Assembly: GCF_009914755.1 (NCBI RefSeq)
Contig: NC_060926.1
Reading direction: 5' to 3' (one strand)
From: the human T2T-CHM13v2.0 reference genome, Homo sapiens
DNA length: 64,000 bases
Shown here piece by piece: positions 56,199 to 64,000 of this stretch; position 1 is the first letter of the stretch, and every line of letters starts with the position of its first letter. Below the pieces are notes generated by a model that made no database searches, had not been told where the DNA came from, and saw nothing but the letters and a program-made list of their open reading frames with translations. The position numbers were made by a program, and so were the translations under genes.

Positions 56199-58003
56199 TA
56201 TTATTTTATGCTAAAGATATCCATAGATATTTATTTCCAAGGAGGAAAAAAAATCAATGCTTGTATTTAAAGTTGTGAGGATAGTTCAACTATATAAATG
56301 GAAATAAAGTACTGCTGGAAATTTCAAATTGCAAGCTTATGCTGATCAAAGGTATATAAAAGTAAGATTTCTGGTGAATTGGATATCTGAATCCAAAGCT
56401 TGGATTGTTGAATCATCCAGTGAGAAACTGATTTTAAATAATTTTCTCTCTGTTTTGAGAAATGCTATAGAAATAGCATGTCTTGCAGTCACAGCATTGT
56501 AGTTTTTGGAGCATGTCTCAGTTCTTAAATCTTCAGTTGACTTCTATGCTAAGAGATTTCTTATCCTGAATCTTACAAGTGAACATGAGTCTTTTTGAGG
56601 CATAGATTGAATTGTTTTGAAAAGAAATCTCCACCTTGAGTATAACTCTGTTCAGTTTAATGACCTCGAACATCTATGTTTATGCTAAAAATATTTTTGA
56701 AAGGCATGATTTAAAATTTTCCTAGATAGCTTTTAAAAGAGACCAAAACCTTCAAAGTCATCTCACAGATAGTCATTTTGAATTACCAGAAGTCAAACAA
56801 AATTATTATATTTTTATCATAACTAGACTCAGTTTTAAGCTACAGTATTCTTCAGGTGTCCTTTGAATAATTACATTTGTGCATTTCCTAGGCAGATTGG
56901 AAGACACAGTTGAATGTCTATTTTATAGAAGTCAGCATGAATTTACTCTTACATTTTTAGAGAAATTTGAAGTTTGGTATCTTCTCTTTAGATATATTAT
57001 TGGTTGTATTTATGGCTTATTTGATATAGGGTTCATGGCCAAAATGCAGGGAAACTTCAGTTATTAGTGTTATATCATGATTTCTAGGCATATGCCAAGG
57101 TAAAGAGTGGTGTCTTTTTTTCACAAATGCCTGCTAAAATATAATCTATGAGATTAGATTGGGAATTTGCATTATTTCACAGTTAATATACAAATCAGCG
57201 GGTATCTGCTACCTTCCTCATGCTATCAATCTTTATTGTCTGATCACTATGAATTATCCATCTTTCCATTTCTTCTTCTTCCAACCACAAATAACATTTG
57301 ATAAATATCCAGACACTCAATTTTAGAAAACATGCTTTTAATTTAATTTTTATTTAATGTAACATTATTTATATGCATCCTTGTTTAAAAAAATTGTATT
57401 GCCTTACAATGCAATCTGGAATCTGCAAAATAAATTGTAAGTGAGAAAGAAAAGGGAACAAGTTAATTTTAGTTTGAATTAATTTTTGGTAAATTGTTTT
57501 TAGTAACTATTTTAGAGAGTAACATGATCTATTACTCTTTTACATGTGTTACTTCCTATGTAAAGCGTTCTGTATGTAATTAGATGCTAACATTTGTGTG
57601 TGAGAGTGTGTTGTTAACTGTAGTAGGGAGCAGCAGATAGTAAAATACTTTGACATGTGAATTTCCTGGAACATTCAGGATTCAGTATTGGCATCCTGTA
57701 TTATAATGTTACTTTTCTATTCAACATTAGTTTGGGTCTTTAAAATATTGTTATTAGGGTTTTTCTCTGACGTCTTCACATTGAGGGTTAGGAAGATAGA
57801 GAACAAATAAAACAGTTGAATCATAATATGCAATTCAAGAAAAGGGAACAAGTTGATTTTTGTTTGAATTGCTTGAAATTTGAAATTTCCAGCAGCACTC
57901 AGTTTTCTTTAATACAGTTAGCCTATCCTCATAACTAAATACAAGCACTGACTTTCCCTCCTTGGAAATAAGTATATGTGGACATCTTTAGCATAAAATA
58001 ATA
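56199..58003. repeat. Inverted repeat: arms 56199-56336 and 57871-58003
   Basis: Manual alignment of arm 1 to the reverse complement of arm 2: about 20 mismatches and 2 small gaps over ~133 bp (~85%). Confidence 0.9.
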
Positions 58004-58557
58004 TACGAGTGTTACAGGTTCTTAACTTGGGCATATATATAAGCCTTGGAGGTCAAAAACAGTGGGTTAGTTAGTATTCAAATTAGAAATTTCTTTTCCA
58101 TGCAGACTAGATTTAACATTGAGCACAGTGAATTGACTCTACTACTCTTTGATACAGATTTTGGAGAGCTGCCTCTTTGTCGAATCAGATTCTTTATTGC
58201 CATGAACTAATGAAACAGATGTCAGATGGCTAATTGCAGTAGGAGAGAAAAGCTACTGACAAAAGAGATGGTTCAGGAACTTGGCCTTGATATTTGAGTA
58301 TCATGAAATCTCATTATCTGGGGACTATTCAGAGCCATCAATTACAGTGCTGTCACTATTAATGAATATATTGATGGCATTGCACCGCGGCTTCTTGAAG
58401 TAAAGGGTTAAAGTACATGCATATTGTGTAAGATATATTTCATTACTGTTCTGAATGGAGATATGCATAGATATAACAAAATCCTCTAGGAAATTGTATT
58501 AACTATTGGTTTTATTGTTTCCATAAAGTGATACAGCTAATGAGTGCTTGCTTTGTA

Positions 58558-58920
<363 letters not shown>

Positions 58921-59380
58921 TAGCTGAAGAGGGACAAGTGTCCATATGCCCAGAGCAATACTGACAAGAAATACTTGAGAGACAGTGCTTGCCAATTTTG
59001 TACTTGGAACCCTTTTTGTTTGTTTAACAACCTATAAATTACCAGAGGCAGCCTGATATAATTAAAAAGGGTCTTGAAGTCAGGAGAGGTAGCTTCCAAA
59101 TCCAACCTACCCTAGCAGAAGGACATTTGAGCAAGTCAGTTAGTATATCCAAGCTATAACTTCCTCATCTCTAAAATGGAGTAAAAATAATGGTACCCTC
59201 ATAGGCAGTAAGTGTAAGTTTACTAAAGCAACAGATACGTCAGATGATAAAGCAGACATAGTGTCAGAGGTTTTCTTTTCTTAAGGTTTTTTGAGCTGGA
59301 AGTCTGACCATGGCCTGCCACAAGTTGCCAGTTATCTTTTCTTGGATAATTGTTATTTATCCTGAGATTTTATCCTTTCT

Positions 59381-59687
59381 TTTTTTTTTTTTTTTTTTTT
59401 TTTGAGGTCTTGCTTTGTTGCCCCAGGCCGAAGTGCAGAGTGGCACAATCATGGCTCACTGCAGCCTCAACTGCCTGGGCTCAAACAACCCTCCTGCCTC
59501 CGCCTCCCAAATTGCTGGGACTACAGGCGAGTGCTGCTATGCCTGGCTAAATTTTTTATTTTTATTTTGTAGAGATAGGGTCTCACTAAGTTGCCCAGGA
59601 CAGTCTTGAACTCCTGAGCTCAAGCAATCCTCCTGGCCTAGTCTCCCAAGGCACTGGGATTACAGGCGTGAGCCACCACGCCCAGCC
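59381..59687 (-). mobile_element. Alu SINE (AluJ-like)
   Basis: Reverse Alu dimer. Confidence 0.92.
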
Positions 59688-60125
59688 AACAACTAATTGT
59701 TAATATTATCTCATTTAGTTTTAATAAGAACACTAATGAAAGGAATTATTATCCTCATTTTAAAGATTGAGAATTAGATTTTCTGGTAGGTTAAAATAGT
59801 TCTGTGACTAGTACAGCCATGACTAAACTCCAGTGAGGAGAGAGCTAGCTTTCCAGGTCTTTCATTCTGATCATATTAAACAATTGAGCTTCCTATTCTC
59901 TCCATTGTCTCTTGCTTCTGCGCATACTGTTAGGTGTTTAGAACACTAAATCCCTCATACTCAATTTTAGTTCAGGTATTAGCTCTTCTTTGGAATTTTT
60001 TCTCCCCTTCTACAAGCTGAATGGCTCCTTTATGTTCCAGTAATACTGCCTGCAAAACAATCTACTACGTCACAAGATTCTGTTATCTTCGAAGGCAGTA
60101 CTGACTCCTTACTCATTTCTCTCTC

Positions 60126-60558
<433 letters not shown>

Positions 60559-61857
60559 CTACTAATTTCTCTATCTCCTGTATGTAATTTAATACCTGAT
60601 ACCGAGTATTCTGTAAATCTTGGTGAATGAAAAGGGAATTGAGAAAGTTATAAAGAACTTTAGAGTAAAAAGTAAGAGGCAAAGTCATGTGTGTTATTTT
60701 TTCCTTAAGGAGAGACATAGCAAAGAAGTGAAATTAGGGAAGCATTCTCTTTAAAATTCTAACCCTGATTTCTTAAATAACAATGGTCAAGTTCATTGAA
60801 ATCAACTTTGTCTGCTCTTCAGCAATTTCTAACAAGTAATTTTTAGGACAAAAGGATATAATAAAGTTAATGTAGTTTTACGTTTCTAAAAAGGAAATGC
60901 TTTTTAAGTTAATAAAATACGGTGTTGCTTGTTTTTTTGTTTTGTTTTGTTTTCCAAGTTTCAGGTTTAGTGTTAAGATCTTTTGATTCCAGATAAAGAA
61001 CTAACTGATAGTAACTCCAAACAAAGCTTATACAGCTTAAAAACTTTTAGCAATTGGAGATTCCTGGGCTAGGGATAGAATGAGAAAACAAAGGCAGCTC
61101 AGATGTGTGAAAGGGGAATAGATTAGTACCATCTTGCTCATCCCTTCTCCCTCTGAGCCAATCAGACACAGAAACGAATAGCCAGTTGGGTCTTAAGATG
61201 GGCCTTTAACATATCTTCTTATTCTGGCAAGCACAGAGCGCTTTCTGCTTAAAGCAGTATCAGCTGGAAATGAAGTTATTATTTTAAATTACAAGAGTTC
61301 TGTCATAAAAGCATCTCTGACATGTGGGAATACCTGTGTGGGAAAGAAAATACAGGAATAAATATGGCATGGAACAATTATTCTAACAGAGTGGAGTCTG
61401 GTGTTTAGTATTGTAGTATAGAGATTCAGTTCAGATCAACCAAAACTAGCATAAAAACAATAAACAACCTGAAACATGACAAGAGACCTGCTCAGTTCTG
61501 TTATTCTGTCTCTAACTTTTTCTTTTTAAGGTAATTTATTTGGAATTTTTGGAAGTTGCTTATTCAGTGCTTTAATTTATGCTTCAAAATATAAGAATGT
61601 AGTCACTTAAATTGCCAAAGTCATTGAATTCATTTGAATCTTATATTTTAAATGTATTCCATTCCTGAAAAATGAAAATAATTATAATTCTTTTATAATA
61701 TATTCACTTTGCAAGTTACTATTTAATAGTAATCTAAATATATTGCTAGACATTATATTTTCACAGAACAAAGTCTAGATATAAATAATGGAAGTCTGGG
61801 TTCTCCAGTGAATTATAAAAGAAGTCGTTATGTAGGAAGAGGGTAATATCAAGCAGA

Positions 61858-61912
61858 AACACACACACAAACACACAAACACACACACACACACGCACGC
61901 ACGCGAGAGAGA
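61858..61912. repeat. Compound (CA)n/(CACG)n/(GA)n microsatellite
   Basis: Directly visible. Confidence 0.9.
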
Positions 61913-62754
61913 CCTTTAATTCTCCCATTTCTTTCTTCCATCTACTTCTTGGGTTTGCTTTTATACTACTATTGTTTGTTTCTTTGTTTTGGTTTTAAAG
62001 CAAGCTTAGGTTTAGGTGTTTTACTTGGAAGGGAGAATCTAAGTAGATGGTCAGAAGAATTTTTAAAAATCTCTTCTGTACCTAAGTTTCTTTACTATAT
62101 AGCTAAGATGTATTGATCATTTACTATGTGCCAGACACCTGGTATTCACAACAGCTTTGTAAGGGTAGATTCTATTTTTGTTTCCATTGTATGGAGAAGA
62201 AAATTGAAGGTCAAAGAGGTCAAACAATGTTGCCATCTTCATACCCCTTGTAAGAGGCAAGGCTGGCACTCAGACCCGTGTTTATCTAATCATAGAGCTT
62301 GAACTCTTAACCACTATCAGGGACTACATAAGTACTTCATTGTAGAATTTTTTATTATTGAAAGGAATTCTCTAGAACCAGAAAAAGGTCATACCTTCTA
62401 TATAGCTTATCTTTCAGGATATGGAAGTAGATCTAAAGAAACGTTCTGGTTTTGCCATTGGGTACTCTATTTTACTACTTATTCTTTCATATGGTCAAAT
62501 GAAGAGTCACATCTTAACAATGTTGATTTAGCAGGTTAAATTATATCCATTAATTTTCATCATAGATAGGTCTCCTTAATTGACTCTTTGGGACTAAAAT
62601 ATTTATATCCTCTGCATCATTGTTCTAGTTTTAAGTACAGGTAATGTTGACCAATAACCTGTTTTAATAGGTAAAAAACTGTACATAATCTTTTTGAGGT
62701 GTTTTTTAGGATTATTTCTTGCTACCTGGGATACTTACAGAAATGTAGAACTGA

Positions 62755-63152
<398 letters not shown>

Positions 63153-63764
63153 TTAAATCTTAAGTTGGAGTTCCACTTCTGGTTCTTTTCTTTCCCTTTA
63201 CACAATGATACCTCTTTTGTCTGTCAGTCCATTGCTGTACCTTTTAAAACCTGGGTTAAAGCTTGTATCATTAAGGAAACTTAACCTTGTTAATAATATT
63301 GTGTGCTCTGCTCGTTTACATTTTATATCCAGTTAACACAAAAGCATTTTAAAGCAAAGGAATGTTTTAGGAAAATTCATCTGTGCAATGTATTTAAGTA
63401 CATGGAGAGAATGTCAGCAACTTAGAATTTCTTTGTGAATTTGTTTTAACCTGTCACATTCGTATATGCAAATAATAATTGTAGTAACATCTCCACAAAT
63501 AGTCATGCCATTTTCAAAAATATATAAGCCTTGTAAATTTTGAAGTAAAAGGGAAGGTCTTCAAAGTGAAACATTTCTATGATGTTGCCATGAAACCGTG
63601 GGATTTTTTTTCTTGTTTTTTTCTTTTACCTCATTCAGTAATGCAGTTTTATCTACTACCCACTTTTGAAGTTTGGCAGTATTAATAATAAATAATGCTG
63701 TAGTTTTACTTGAATGGAAATTTTTTAATTTTTATCTGATCAAGTTTCCCACGTTTGACTTTTT

Positions 63765-64000
63765 TTTATTTTTAGTTGACACATAATAATCATATTCATT
63801 AGTGGAATACAGAATGAATGATAGTCCCATACAATGTGTAATGATCAAATCAGGCTAATTAGCATATCCATCACTGAAAACATTTATCATTTCTTTGTAT
63901 TGTGAGCATTCAAAATCTTCTCTTAAAGCTTTCTGAAAATACGCAATAAGTTACTGTTAACCATATTTACCCTAAAGTGCTATAGAACACTAGAAGTCAT
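63765..64000 (-). mobile_element. L1MA-like LINE 3' end
   Basis: Reverse L1 3' terminus (atgatcaaatcagg.taattagcatatccatcac...acatttatcatttctttgt...acaataa.ttactgttaaccatat). Confidence 0.75.

Overview
Primate (sequence consistent with human chr2q23.3) genomic DNA centred on a CpG-island bidirectional promoter (~29.4-31.7 kb) shared by two head-to-head genes. PRPF40A (U1-associated splicing factor, - strand): coding exons 1-5 are present, including tandem 31-nt and 17-nt microexons. ARL6IP6 (+ strand): coding exons 1-3 are present and the last exon is outside the window. PRPF40A intron 2 holds a ~7.9 kb defective class I endogenous retrovirus of the HERV-I/HERV-IP10 (LTR10) group, antisense to PRPF40A. 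It has a 4-bp TSD, a tRNA-Pro-type PBS, decayed gag-pro-pol-env, a near-perfect p53 site in the 5' LTR and a truncated 3' LTR. ARL6IP6 intron 3 holds a full-length THE1 MaLR with a nested AluY. The rest is Alu, L1, MIR/L2 and DNA-transposon debris. The best leads, all inferred from sequence only, are: (1) a possible PRPF40A autoregulatory splicing circuit (80-nt poison-exon candidate, frame-coupled microexons, cluster of 5'-splice-site motifs); (2) a p53/AP-1-type LTR promoter with a strong splice donor pointing antisense into PRPF40A and sense toward ARL6IP6; (3) locally templated inverted and direct duplications in ARL6IP6 intron 3. Repeat boundaries are approximate and family names come from recognition, not from database searches.
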